Made by a program: the position numbers and the translations under genes
Shown here: in pieces, positions 1-12,309 of the stretch
Position numbering within the stretch: the first letter of the stretch is position 1
Layout of the letters: each line of letters begins with the position of its first letter
Origin: Centroscyllium fabricii
Lineage: Eukaryota
Assembly: GCA_051313645.2 (NCBI GenBank)
Contig: JBNRSN020000033.1
Location: 39,246,001 to 39,310,000, forward strand
Length of the DNA: 64,000 bases
Direction: 5' to 3'
Notes under the pieces: model-generated
What the model was told of the DNA's origin: nothing
The model's input: only the letters and a program-made list of their open reading frames with translations
Database searches by the model: none

Positions 1-563
1 CCATTCCCCACCATCCTGAAACCCCGCCGGTGAATGCTAGCGGGATCTCAGTCGCCTTGGTCACTTTCACCTTCAAGGCATTGAAGCACCTATAGCAGAA
101 TGCCTTCCAGGCCTTCAACACCCTGGAGGTGTAAGTGACTCTCTTGGGTGAAGACCAGCTGTGGAGAAAACACTCAAATCAATTACCTTGACAGATGCTG
201 CAATGCTTCATAGAGAGACGGCCCCTCACTGTGAAAGCTTGGCGGTGTGTCCTTAGACCTGTCACACAACCCACTTGGGCTTTGAGATTGGTTGCACTCC
301 ATTGTGATGTCACAATGCACTGTTGCCATAGAAAGTAACAACACACAGTCCCTAGAACGGCCAATGAAACTTTCGGCTGTCATCTGCTGCCAGCTGCTTT
401 CCGACTGGAAATTGTGTATTGGCAGGGGCTTCCCACACGCAGGCAATTAATTGGCCAATTATGTCAAATTGCGTGGGGTTCCCAGGCCCTCAAACATTCG
501 TGTCAGAAAATTCACATGCCCAAAACCCACCAGCTTCCCACACCTTTGCAAAAATCCCCCCCA
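1..563. mobile_element. Non-autonomous DNA transposon (MITE family A, Harbinger-like), left end outside the window
   Basis: Nearly identical to 24450-25015; ends in the TIR AAAATCCCCCCC shared by other family A copies. Confidence 0.7.
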
Positions 564-1296
564 TAGTCTTTACTCAAAGAATTATATAAATAAGGTAGGA
601 ATGGCGATGGGCGCTGTTCTCGTACACTCGTACCGAATTCTTCGCTGTTTCACTTCAATGTGACATTAAGAGATTAGGAGCAGTGCTGATTATAATGTCT
701 ACCCTAATGTTGAAATCTGCTGTTTATTAGGAACATTCAATGTACAGTTGGAGGCTGGAATGGGACAGCAGATGGAATAGGTCAACGGGGTAAATGGTCT
801 TACCTAGATGTATTTTAATTAGTAACTATTTAGTTCAGTTGCCTGTTCCATATTGAAACTCTAATTACTCACATGCCAAACAGAGTGTTTCCATTGCAGG
901 TTCATTATTTTTTGCCAGTTGAATTTAAGTCTGTAAGCACAGTTGTGTGCCCTTCCTGTTGTTGGCGAGTGTTGTGCATTGCGCTTAATGCTGATGCAGC
1001 ACCGTATACTGGGGCAGCTACACAATGCCAACACCACCAGTCTCGCACAGTCTGTGGGGTGGGGGGAGGGGGGGGAAGAGATTCACTCCGTGCCCTCTGC
1101 CTATTGAAATTGTAAAGACATTTACGACTTTGTTGCATGTGACAGACATGAAATCTCCCGAGTGTGTGAGGCACGGTTGATAGATCACAGCTCCGTGCAA
1201 TTGGTGAAGGAGATGACAGATGTCTTAAGGGCTGATTAGCAGACCGCGCTTTTACAAAACACGGGCACGATTCACTCAAATTGGACTGTCCAAATA

Positions 1297-2020
1297 TTAA
1301 TATAGGAATATCTTGCGGAGGCAGCATTGGTGATACCTCTCCAGTGCTTTGAGGTGCCTGCTGTACATGGTCCATGTCTCTGAGGCATACAGGAGGGTGG
1401 GTATCACTGCTGCTCTGTAGACCATGAGCTTAGTGCCAGTTTTGAGGTCCTGGTCTTCAAACACTCTCTTCCTCCGCCTCCGCAAGATCCTGCAAATCCA
1501 TTGGCAGGATAGGCGCACCAACGTCAGTGTTCTTGCTCAGGCCAACATCCCCAGCATCGAAGCTTTGACCACGCTCGATCAGCTCCGGTGGACGGGTCAC
1601 ATTGTCCGCATGCCCGATACGAGACTCCCAAACAAGCGCTCTACTCGGAGCTCCGGCACGGCCAGAGAGCCCCAGGAGGGCAGAGGAAATGCTCCAAGGA
1701 CACCCTCAAAGCTTCCTTGAAAAAGTGCAACATCCCCACCGACACCTGGCAATCCCTGGCCCAAGACCGCACAAAGTGGAGGAGAAGCATCCGGGAAGGC
1801 GCCGAACACCTCGAGTCTCTTCGCCGGGAGCAAGCGGGAAGCCAAGCGCAGGCAGTGCAAGGAGCGCACGTCAACCCGAGCACCCCACCCACCCGCCCCT
1901 TCAACCACCGTCTGCCCCACCTGTGACAGAGACTGTAGGTCCCGCATTGGACTCATCAGTCACCTGAGAACTCATTTTTAATGTGAAAGCTAGTCATCCT
2001 CGGTTCCGAGGGACGGCCTA
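1297..2020 (+). mobile_element. RTE-clade LINE 3' fragment with inverted 5' segment (about 1297-1470 on minus)
   Basis: RKILQIHWQDRRTNVSVL, QLRWTGHIVRMPDTRLP and GGQRK motifs on plus; upstream YRAAVIPTLLYASETW on minus. Confidence 0.85.
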
Positions 2021-2142
2021 AGAGTGATATGAATATATAGTGCATTTATATAAAATTCTTCTGTCTGCTATTTTAATAAAGATGTTTAATCCCTTTATTT
2101 TAAGTGGGTTGGCACTGCCATTACAATGGAATTCCATACAAA

Positions 2143-2640
2143 CAGGGGAAACATTCGGTTGCGCCCCCTTTGGGCGCTAACTTTGCCGAGGCGCTACTTT
2201 TAATGCCCCGAAAAAGTTACCGCCCCCCGCACCGTACATTCAGTGGTAGCGCCCCAAGGAGCCGGGCTGCTACTGGAAGTGCTCCGCCCCATCCTGGAGC
2301 GCTACCGTTGAATATCGTGGCGCCATGTGCAGCAACGCCACATGGGTCGGCACGTAGCGCCGTGGTACTGCAGGCCTCCCTCCTCTGATTAAAGGGGAGG
2401 GGTCTGGCGCAGCGCTCACCGGGGCCCTGCCGGACCACCAGGGAACGGGTGCCAGGAAAACAGCCCGACACTCAAGAGGAGCGGCAGGGTGCCCGATCGC
2501 GGCCGACACCCCGATTGAAAGAGGCGAAGAGGGCAGGTGCTGGCAGGCGGCCTGAAAATAAATGGCCGCTCGACATCTGCCCCTTTAAATACCACCGCGG
2601 CGGCTGCACAAACGCCCTCTGACCCTGTCGGACATATCGT
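2143..2640. mobile_element. GC-rich MITE fragment (family B, Harbinger-like)
   Basis: GGCGCTAAC-rich motifs and TTAAAGGGGAGGG core shared with 54135-54897 and 35207-35935. Confidence 0.55.
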
Positions 2641-2765
2641 CCAAGTTCCCCTCCCAGTCACACACCGTCCTGACTTGGAAATATATCGGCCGATCCTTCA
2701 TCGTCGCTGGGTCAAAATCCTGGAACTCCCTCCCTAACAGCACCGTGGGAACACTGTCACCACAC
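2641..2765 (+). mobile_element. CR1/L2-group LINE 3' fragment
   Basis: Same sequence as part of the minus-strand LINE at 37685-38172. Confidence 0.6.
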
Positions 2766-3204
2766 GAATTTGTAAGCTTTTTATTTCGACTAGCATTAAA
2801 TTGACAGCAAAACCAATTCTTTTGAAACAATTTGGAATAAGTTTATTAAACACCAAACTGATGCACATCAAGCCAATAGCCTACTGGTATTTATGGAATC
2901 TACTCGATTACAACACGTAAGGTAATGGGTTAGATTTACACAGACTGGTACCTCCCCGAGTTAAGCAATGCACGCGGCCTTTTTCCTTGCTTCTTGGTCT
3001 GGTCTGCAGAGGGAGAGCTTCTTGTTCTTCCGCGTGGTCGGCCAGAGAGAGAGAGAGAGAGACTTTGGGTTCCATGTTTTATATCTTTTTAAGTCCATCG
3101 TCTATCGTTAAGACCCCATGATTGGGTCTTAGATTCATGGCAGCTTTTGATTGGCTTTCCTTTGAACATGTGTCTGTCTGCAGTGGCTGCTGCCATTTCT
3201 TGCT

Positions 3205-4460
3205 TCAGTTACATTCACTACAAGCCCACTGACTCCCACAGCGACCTGGACTACATTTCCTCCCACCCCGCCTCCTGTAAGGACTCTATTCCATTCTCCC
3301 AGTTTCTCCGTCTCCGCCGCATCTGCTCCGACGATGCCACCTCCCACACCAGTGCTCCCGACATGTCTTCCTGTTTCCTCAACCGAGGATTCCCTTCAAC
3401 CGTGTCCGTTCTATCTCCCGCATTTCTGCCCTCACCCCTGCCCCTCCCTCCCAGAGCCACGAGAGTGTTCCCTTCGTCCTCACCTTTTACCCCACCAGAC
3501 TCCACATTCAACGGATCATCCTCCGCCATTTCCACCACCTCCAACGTGATCCCACCACCAAATGCATTTTCCCCTCACCTCCCCTTTCAGCATTCCGTAG
3601 GTACCACTCCCTCCGCGACACCCTAGTCCACTCCTCCATCACCCCCAGCACCCCTTCCCCTTCACCCGGCACCTTCCCGTGCAAGCTCAGGAGATGCAAC
3701 ACCTGCCCTTATACCTCCTCCCTTCCCACTGTCCAGGGCCGCAAATACCGCTTCCAGGTGAAACAGCGATTTACGTGTACTTGCTGCAATCTAGTATACT
3801 GTATTCGCTGCTCACAATGTGGTCTCCTCTACATTGGGGAGACCAAACGCAGATTGGGCGACCACTTTGCGGAACACCTCCGTTCAGTCCGTAAGGGGGA
3901 CCCCGACTCCCGGTGGCTTGTCACTTTAATTTTCCGCTCCACTCCCATTCAGACCTCACTGTCTGTGGCCTGTTGCATTGTTCCACGGAATCTCAGTGTA
4001 AACTCGAGGAACAGCACCTCATCTTTCGCTTAGGCACTCTACAGCCCTCTGGACTGAACATAGAGTTCAACAATTTCAGATCAAAGCCTCGGCCCCTACC
4101 ACACTTTTTTATATATATATTTTCTCTCTTTTTTTCAATCCACACTTTCGTCTGGGCTTTTTTCTTTTTTCTTTACTCTGCCAGAGCCGTTCACACCTAT
4201 TCTGAGCCATCCTGTGTTCCTTCTATTTCTCCGAATATCTCTTACCTTCCCCGCCTTCCAGCCTATTGCTGATCTTTCCTTTGTTCTTTCAGCCCCCCTC
4301 CCCCTTTCCCCAGCCCCCACAAGCTTTAAAATCTATCCCCCCCTCCCGGCGTCTCCAGTTCTGAAGAAAGGTCACCGACCTGAAACGTTAACTCTGTTTC
4401 TCTCTCCACCGATACTGCCGGGCCTGCTGAGTTTCTCCAGCGTGCCCTGTTGCTGTTTCT
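3205..4460 (+). mobile_element. Penelope-like element: RT thumb, Cys linker, GIY-YIG endonuclease and 3' pseudo-LTR (frameshifted)
   Basis: YKPTDSH...SHPASCKDSIPFSQFLRLRRICSD; CKLRRCNTC linker; NLVYCIRCSQCGLLYIGETKRRLGDHFAEH; EQHLIFRLGTLQPSGLN. Confidence 0.9.
4357..4393 (+). ncRNA. Minimal hammerhead ribozyme motif (family 1)
   Basis: AGTT-CTGAAGA-A-AGGTC acc GACCT-GAAAC-GTT-AACT: conserved core, 5-bp stem II, stem I AGTT/AACT, palindromic AACGTT for dimeric stem III. Confidence 0.8.
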
Positions 4461-4726
4461 TGCTTAAGTTAATTGTTTGTTGACACCGTTTAGTGGCTCT
4501 TGAGTTTCGATGGTGAGTTTCGATGGTGTCTCTGTGGGGGGTTATCCTGTTAGGCAGGTTTTCCTTGTTAAGTTTTGCACCGTTGCCTTACCCAGGGGAG
4601 ATCCATACACATTAAATTTATACAATATTTTTCATCCACACTTTTTGTTTGTGCTTTTTGCTTCTTCCCTCCCACATGGCAGCTGTCTCTCATTCTGCCA
4701 ACACGATCCTTCTTCTTAGCCAGTAA

Positions 4727-5135
4727 TAGAAACATAGAAACACAGAAGATAGGAGCAGGAGTCGGCCATTCGGCCCTTCGAGCCTGCTCCGCCATTCAAT
4801 GAGATCATGGCTGATCATCCAAACCCAGTACCCTGTCCCTGCCTTGTCCCCATATCCCTCGATCGCTATCGAGCCTCCACCGACACATATCCCACCCTAT
4901 CCCCGTAACCCCACATATTCAATCACCCTAACGCTAAGGGTCAATTTATCCTGGCCAGTCAACCTAACCCGCACATCTTTGGACTGTGGGAGGAAACCGG
5001 AGCACCCGGAGGAAACCCACGCAGACACGGGGAGAATGTGCAAACTCCTCACAGATAGTCACCCGAGGATGGATTTGAACCCGGGTCTCTAGTGCTGTGA
5101 GGCAACAGTGCTAACCACTATGCCACCGTGCCGCC
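4727..5135 (-). mobile_element. tRNA-derived V-SINE (HE1-like)
   Basis: GGCGGCACGGTGGCATAGTGGTTAG head, V-domain GTTTGCACATTCTCCCCGTGTCTGCGTGGG, CR1-type tail ending (TTTCTATG)n. Confidence 0.9.
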
Positions 5136-5136
5136 C

Positions 5137-5360
5137 CTCGGAGCCGAGGATGACTTGCTTCCACATTAAAAATGAGTTCTCAGGTGACGGATGAGTCCAA
5201 TGCGGGATCTACAGTCTCTGTCACAGGTGGGGCAGACGGTGGTTGAAGGGGCGGGTGGGTGGGGTGCTTGGGTTGATGTGCGCTCCTTGCGTTGCCTGCG
5301 CTTGGCTTCCGCTTGCTCCCGGTGAAGAGGCTCGAGGTGTTCGGCGCCTTCCCAGATGCA
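5137..5360 (-). mobile_element. RTE LINE 3' end fragment
   Basis: Reverse complement of about 1790-2010. Confidence 0.8.
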
Positions 5361-5515
5361 ATTGTTGCAATCCCAGATGTTGGTGGCGTAATTTACAATT
5401 CATCCTGAGCCGTCCTTTGTTTCTTAACCTGTCCCGTTACCATCGCCTCTTAATAACAACAGAAAACGCTGGAGAAACTCAGCAGGCCCGGCAGCACCGG
5501 TGGAGAGAGAAACAG

Positions 5516-5552
5516 AGTTAACGTTTCAGGTCGATGACCTTTCTTCAGAACT
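5516..5552 (-). ncRNA. Minimal hammerhead ribozyme motif (family 1)
   Basis: Minus strand reads AGTT-CTGAAGA-A-AGGTC atc GACCT-GAAAC-GTT-AACT. Confidence 0.8.
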
Positions 5553-5809
5553 GGAGCAGCCGGGAGGGGAGATAGATTTTAAAGCTTGTGGGGGCTGGGG
5601 AAAGGGGGAGGGGGGGTGAAAGAACAAAGGAAAGATCAGCGACAGGATAGAAGGCGGGGGAAGATTAAAAGACATTGCGAGACATTAAGAGAAATTCAAG
5701 GAGCACAGGATGGCTCTGGATAGGTGTGAACGGCTCTGGCAGAGAAGATTTTTTTTTTTTAAAGCCCAGATGAAAGTGTGGATTGAAAGAAAGAGAGAAA
5801 ATGTATATA

Positions 5810-6122
5810 CAGGGTCCGACACCGTTAATCGGGCACGGGCGGGACCAGGCCGGTGCCAGACAGGTGAAAACTCCAAACGATTGAAGCTTCGGCGAGCGCA
5901 TCAATCATTTGGGACCATTCAAAATGGCCGCCGCCAAGGCCGGCAGCCATTTTGAATGGTCTGCACATGCGCTCGCCGAAGCATCAATCGTTCGGGAAGG
6001 CCCGGGCATGCTCAGCCAAGCGCGGCTGCCATTTCGAGCATGCGCAGACCAGTCGGCCGGATTCATTCTGGACGACTGAAGTTAGCGGATTACCGGTGTC
6101 CGGATTAACGGTGCTCCACCTG
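5810..6122. mobile_element. Tc1/mariner (Tigger-like) MITE
   Basis: TA-CAGG...CCTG-TA ends with imperfect TIR containing CACCGTTAATC; a second copy lies at 51379-51726. Confidence 0.7.
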
Positions 6123-6723
6123 TAGTTATAAAAATGTGATGGGGCCGAGGTTATGATCTGAAATTGTTGAACTCGATGTTTAGTCCAGAGGGCTGTAGAG
6201 TGCCTCAGCGAAAGATGAGTTGCTGTTCCTCGCGTTTACGCTGAGCTTCCGTGCTCCTTTTGCCTTGAATATTTCTTAATGCCTCTTTACTTCTCCGGCC
6301 TTCCATCCTATCACAGACCTTCTCTTTTGTTCTTTCATCCCTTCCCCCATTCCCCAGCCCCTAAACTTGCTTTAAAATCTTTTCCTTTTCCTGCTTTTCT
6401 CCAGCTCTGACGAAAGCTCTTCGACCTGAAACGTGTGATGAACCTTTTGGGGTGGTTCACACTGTACGGTTATTGTATATAGTTTTGTTTAATGTGTTTG
6501 TTATATATCTGTTAATATCTGTACCTTTCTGTAAGGACCTGTACCGGCTGGCCTTGCCTCTGGGTACTAGTATAAAGGAGAATGCTCCGCCCACTTATCT
6601 CTCATTCCGGGCAGGCTCATCGGGGACTCGGTTCAGTTTCTTGTTAATAAAAGCCACTTATTTAAGAACTCGCTGCCGTCTTTGATTTGAGACATCTCAA
6701 TTTTATTAACAAGAATTTTTAAA

Positions 6724-8109
6724 ATGAGCCAGCAACAGCCAGCAACATCTGAGAGTTGGAAGACAATTCTAAAACCAGAAACTCTCGACCTCAACCCCCA
6801 GGCACCGAACGCGTCGAATGATTTTGAACACTGGCTGAGCTGCTTCGAGTCGTACCTTGTCGTGGCCGGAGTCAGCGACGCGCACAAGAGAAGAGACCTG
6901 GTCTCCTGTGTGAGTGGCAGAGTGTAATCCATACTTAAGAGCGCCACGGAATACAATGCAGCGATGGAGCTACTGAAGGCTCGATATCTCCAGCCAGTCA
7001 ATGCAGTCTATGCTCGCCATCTACCTGCCACGCGGAGGCAACAGCATGGTGAGTCGAATGAAGAGTACCTGGAGGCTCTTCAAGCTCTTGTTCTGTACGG
7101 CGGATGTGCCCCTGTTAACACCCAGGAGCACATGGACCTCCTCGTCCGCGATGCCTACGTGGCAGGCATCAGATCGGCCCCAGCCCGCACCCGCCTGCTC
7201 GAGCAGGATAATTTATCCCTAAATGAGGCGGTGAAGCTTTCCAACGCGGTGGATGGGGCCCTCCGGAGCCTAGAGTTGAACACGGGGCACGGCTCCCACG
7301 CAGTTTCCCCTGGGCCTTGGGACTCGTGTTCGACGCCCTCGACGGCGACCGTGGCGGCCACAACGCCATCTAGACAGCCAGCGCCTCCGAAATGCTTTTT
7401 TTGCGGCCAGAAACGCCATCCACGAAGCTCCTGCCCAGCGAAGGCGTCTTCCTGCTCCAGATGTGGCAAGAAGGGCCATTTTGCAAAGGTCTGCCGATCG
7501 GCCCCGGAATTAGCTTGGAAAGGTGTGGCGGCCAGCGATGTCCACACCACAGAGTGGCCTCAGGTACCTAGCGCCCCCCAACAGCGACCCTCGCAGCAAT
7601 CGCAGCCCTCACAGAACTCTCTGAAATCGCGGCCCTCGCAACAATCGCTACAGCGGCCCTCTGAACAACTACCACCTATCTTGCCTCAGATGCGGCCTGC
7701 CAACATCGTTTCCCGCGCTCCGCCATCTTTGGGGGCGCGGGCATATTCTTCATCATTCGTTTCCTGCGCTCAGCCATCTTTGGGGGCATGGGCACATTCT
7801 TCTTCGCCGATTCAGCGCAAAACGCAGGCGCCGTCGGGGATCCTGGCAGCAGCGGCAGAGCACAGGGCGCCGCCATCTTTTTTGCGGGCAACTCGCATCC
7901 TGGCAGCAGCGGCCCCGCCCTATCACATGACGCCGCCATCTTGGATGCGGGCAACTCGCCTCCTGGCAGCAACGGCCCCGCCCCAGCCCAGGGCGCCGCC
8001 ATCTTTGTTTAAGGCAAGCTTATCGACGCAGGCAGCAGCAGCAACAGGCAGCTCTGGAGAAACTCAAATGATCTTGGCAGCAGCCACAGGCAACTCAAGG
8101 GCAATTTAG
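6724..8109 (+). pseudogene. gag: Gypsy gag with two Zn knuckles, in-frame stop at about 6925
   Basis: CFFCGQKRHPRSSC and CSRCGKKGHFAKVC; ORFs at 6724 and 6964 are in the same frame. Confidence 0.85.
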
Positions 8110-8220
8110 CATTCTGGTGCTTGTGCGCCACGAGCCCTTCGGTCCTCCCAACGGCCTGAAACGCCACCGCGGCCCGCCGCGTGCGAATCACGGGCGCCGC
8201 CATCGCTCGCGGACCCTGCA

Positions 8221-11200
8221 TTGCACAAGGGCCCAAGCGCGCACACCACACTTGCCTCTACGGCCCTCAACCAGTCTCTCATGTCATCGATGATGCCCAT
8301 CCGGGTAGAGGGGCACCTCACCCGATGTCTGTTCGACACTGGGAGTAAGGAGGGCTTCATATACCCTGATACAGTGCGCCGTTATTCCCTCAGGGTTAGG
8401 CCCACACATCGTAAAATCTCCCTCGCCTCCGAGTCCCAGACTGTGGACGTCATCGGCTGCTGTACAGTCACTATTACCGCGAAGGGGACGACATACCGCA
8501 ACTTTCAACTGTACGTCCTCCCACAGCTCTGCGCCTGTGTTGCTTGGCCTGGACTTCCAGTGCAATCTGCAGAGCATGACGATGGCATACGGCGGTCCCC
8601 TGCCTCTTCTCACGGTCAGCAGCTGCGACTGCCCTGCCTCACAACCACACTCCTCTTGCGGTCTGTCGACCTTGAAGATAGACCACCCCTCACTGTTCAC
8701 AAACCTTGACCCTGACTGCAAGCTCATTGCAACCAAGAGTCGGCGATACAGCGCGGTGGACCGTACCTTTATCAAGGCAGAGGTTGCTCGGTTGTTGCGG
8801 GAGGGCATCATCGAGGCCAGTAACAGCCCGTGGCGGGCCCAGGTGGTGGTGGTTAAGTCTGGCGACAAACAGCGCATGGTCATCGACTATAGTCAGACCA
8901 TTAACTGTTACACTGGGCTCGACGCTTATCCGCTTCCTAGAATCAATAACATGGTCAATCAGATTGCCCAGTATAAGGTCTTCTCCACCATCGACCTTAA
9001 GTCGGCCTATCACCAGCTCCCCATCAGAGCTGAGGACCGTAAATACACTGCCTTCGAGGCAAATGGGCGCCTTTTTCACTTCCTCCGGGTCCCCTTTGGG
9101 GTTACCAACGGAGTTTCGGTCTTCCAATGAGAGATGGACAGAATGGTTGACCAGTATGATTTGCAGGCCACATTCCCGTATTTGGACAATGTCACGATCT
9201 GCGGCCATGACCAGCAAGATCATGATGCCAATTTGGACAGGTTTCTCCGTACGGCCCAGCGTCTGAACCTCACTTACAATGAGGATAAGTGCGTTTTCAA
9301 CACTAACCGGTTGGCTATCCTCGGCTACGTGGTTGAGAACGGGGTCCTCGGCCCCGATCCCGAATGTATGCGCCCCCTTCAGGAGCTGCCCCTACTGCAC
9401 TCCCCCAAAGCTTTGAGGAGATGCCTGGGGTTTTTCTCTTACTATGCACAATGGGTTCCCCATTATGCTGATAAGGCCTGGCCTCTCCTCAGGGTTACCT
9501 CCTTCCCGCTCCCGTTAGAGGCCCAAATAGCTTTATCTCAAATCAAGTAAGACATCATCAAGGCTACCATGCACGCCATTGATGAGTCTCTCCCCTTCCA
9601 GGTCGAAAGCGACGCCTCCGACTTCGCCCTGGCCACCACCCTTAACCAGGCAGGCAGGCCCATTGCTTTCTTCTCCCGTACCCTGCAGGGCCCTGAAGTC
9701 CGCCACACTTCAGTGGAAAAGGAGGCCCAAGCAATCGTGGAAGCAATGCGCCACTGGCACCACTATTTGGCCGGTAAACGATTTACCCTTCTTACTGACC
9801 AGCGATCAGTAGCGTTTATGTTCCACCATAAACAGAGGGGTAAAATCAAGAATGACAAGATCCTCAGGTGGCGGATCGAACTCTCCGCTTTTGAGTACGA
9901 CATCCTGTACCGGCCAGGGAAGCTTAACGATCCCCCGGACGCCCTGTCCCGAGGAACGTGTGCCAGCGCCCAGTCGGGTAGTCTGAACACCCTCCACGCT
10001 AATCTCTGCCACCCGGTGGTCACCAGGCTCGCTCACTTCGTCAAATCACGCAATCTCCCTTATTCCATTGCGGAGATCAAGGCGATGACGCAGGAGTGCC
10101 CTGTCTGTGCTGAGTGCAAGCCCCAGTTTTACAGGCCTGACAGGGCGCACCTCATCAAGGCCACCCGCCCATTCAAGCACCTGAGTGTGGACTTCAAAGG
10201 TCCCCTCCCCTCTACCAACCGTAACTCGTACATTCTCACTGTGGTCGACGAGTTCTCCCGTTTCCCTTTTGCATTCCCATGCCCAGATATGACGAGTGCA
10301 ACATTGATAAAGCATTTTATCACGCTATTCGCCATTTTCGGCCTCCCCGGCTTCGTACACAGCGACCGGGGGTCCTCATTTATGAGTGACGAACTGCGTC
10401 ATTTTCTGCTCGTGAGGGGGGTTGCCTCGAGCGAACGACCAGTTACAACCTCCGGGAGAACGGGCAGGTAGAACGTTATAATGGGACCATCTGGAAGGCC
10501 ATCACCCTGGCCCTTCGATCCAAAGGCCTTCCAACCTCCCACTGGCAGGAGGTCCTCCAGGATTCGCTCCACGCTACCCGCTCCCTCTTGTGCACAGCCA
10601 CCGCCCACCGGTTGCACACCTCACGAGAAACTCTTCTCTTTCCCCAGGAAATCGACTTCGGGGACGTCTCTGCCAACGTGGCTTACCAACCCGGGGCCGG
10701 TTTTGCTTAGAAGGCATGTCCGTGGACACAAGACGGACCCTCTTGTTGAACGTGTGCGCCTGCTGTATGCCAACACTCAGTATGCCTACGTGGCGTACCC
10801 AGACGGGCGTGAGGATACCGTCTCGATTAGAGACCTTTCGCCCACTGGAGACGTTCACTCTGAGTCATTGGCGGAGCCCTTGCCCTCCCAGGTCACATTT
10901 TCACAACAGGGGCTGTCCTTTCATTCACCTGCGCTCACTACATCGGGGCCCTCGTCACTCCCAATGCACGACGGAGCTCATCATGTTGCTCAGCCTACTC
11001 TTCCGGCAACTGCTACACCTCCACCAGATCTTCCTGTGCCTGAGGTACCTCTTCCACCGGTGGAGTCTCTGTTCACGTCGGGAGCCCTGTCAGCGTCTTT
11101 TCCGATTACGACTACTCCCGCTTCTTCGCCAGAACCGATACTACCTCGCCGATCTGATCGGACTGTTAAACCTCCACAAAGACTTATAACACAGTGCTGA
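8221..11200 (+). pseudogene. pol: Gypsy pol (protease, RT, RNase H, integrase) with stops and frameshifts
   Basis: LFDTGS; PFGVTNG, YLDN; SDASD, EKEA, TDQ; VDFKGP, HSDRGS. Confidence 0.92.
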
Positions 11201-11659
11201 TATTTGCCCCGCGGGACTTGTTTTTAAGGAAGGGGTGAATATGATGAACCTTTTGGGGTGGTTCACACTGTACGGTTATTGTATATAGTTCTGTTTAATG
11301 TGTTTGTTATATATCTGTACCTTTCTGTAAGGACCTGTACCGGCTGACCCTGCCTCTGGGTACTAGTATAAAGGAGAATGCTCCGCCCACTTATCTCTTA
11401 TTCCGGGCGGGCTCATCGGGGACACGGTTCTGTTCCTTGTGAATAAAAGCCACTTATTTAAGAACTCGCTGCCGTCTTTGATTTGAGGCATCTCAAAACG
11501 TTAACTCTGTTTCTCTCTCCATGGGTGCTGCCCTGGCCTGCTGAGCTTGTCCAGCGTTTTCTGTTGTTGTTTCACATCAAATTTATCTTTGTTACATACA
11601 TCTTATATTAACAGTCTTGAGTCCATCACACATACAAACCATATATTTTTATTCTTACA

Positions 11660-11770
11660 GACTGCAGCGGTTCAAGACGACAGCTCACCACCACCTTCTC
11701 AAGGGGCAATTAGGGATGGGCACTGAATGCTAACCTTGTCAGTAATGACTACATCCCATAAATGAATAAA
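11660..11770 (+). mobile_element. CR1/L2-group LINE 3' tail
   Basis: GACTGCAGCGGTTCAAG...GGGCAATTAGGGATGGGCA...ATGAATAAAA, matching the 3' end of 37685-38172. Confidence 0.6.
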
Positions 11771-12309
11771 ACATTAATTTTATAAGCTCCAGGGTCAGGT
11801 ACAAGGCGGACCTCCCTCGATCTCCGCAAGCTCCTATTGTACCAGTTCCATTATTCACACACTGGGGCTGGATTTTCATTGGGCCATGCAGTCGCGATTG
11901 GAGGTATGCCGGGGGTGGGGGGGGGGGTTAAAGTCTCGAAATCGGGGGTCCCGACCCCATCCCGCACCCAAACCCACCTCCGTGTCAATTTTAAAGGAGG
12001 CGGGCACCCGCCCCGCACTGGGAGCCGCCTCCCCGAGGCAGGAAGGGGTTAGTGCCAATTAATTGCCTGTTAACAAGTAGTTAGTGGGCAGTTTTTAGCC
12101 TAATCGTTATTTTTAATGCTGAACTGTGAGTTTCCCGACGGCTCCAAATCACGCCAAGTTAGAGGAGTCGGGCCGTTGGGTTGAAGGACTTGGAGGGGTC
12201 GAGGTGTCAGTGTTCAGGTGAGTGATGTGTGCATGAGTGCAAATGTGAGTGTGTTTGGTGTGTGTAAAGTGATTAAATAAGTTTAAATGACCTTTTCTTA
12301 CCTCAGCTC

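Larger units (their letters stand above)
5455..6253 (-). mobile_element. Penelope-like 3' end and pseudo-LTR, interrupted by a MITE
   Basis: Reverse complement of about 3985-4460. Confidence 0.85.
6434..11495 (+). mobile_element. Full-length decayed Ty3/Gypsy LTR retrotransposon
   Basis: LTRs 6434-6699 and 11240-11495, 5-bp TSD AAACG, PPT AAGGAAGGGGTGAA, domain order gag-PR-RT-RH-IN. Confidence 0.95.
6255..11575 (+). mobile_element. Penelope pseudo-LTR (6255-6433 and 11496-11575) split by a Gypsy insertion in its hammerhead core
   Basis: CTGACGA...GACCTGAAACG before the Gypsy element; resumes AAACGTTAACTCTGTTTCTCTC after it. Confidence 0.8.

Noticed and set aside
905-1375. 156-aa minus-strand ORF as a host exon
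   Set aside because: Starts inside an RTE fragment and has no recognisable domain
2771-4591. Possible minus-strand solo LTR enclosing the Penelope element
   Set aside because: TGTAAG start and minus-strand AATAAA are suggestive, but the right end is imperfect and no TSD was found
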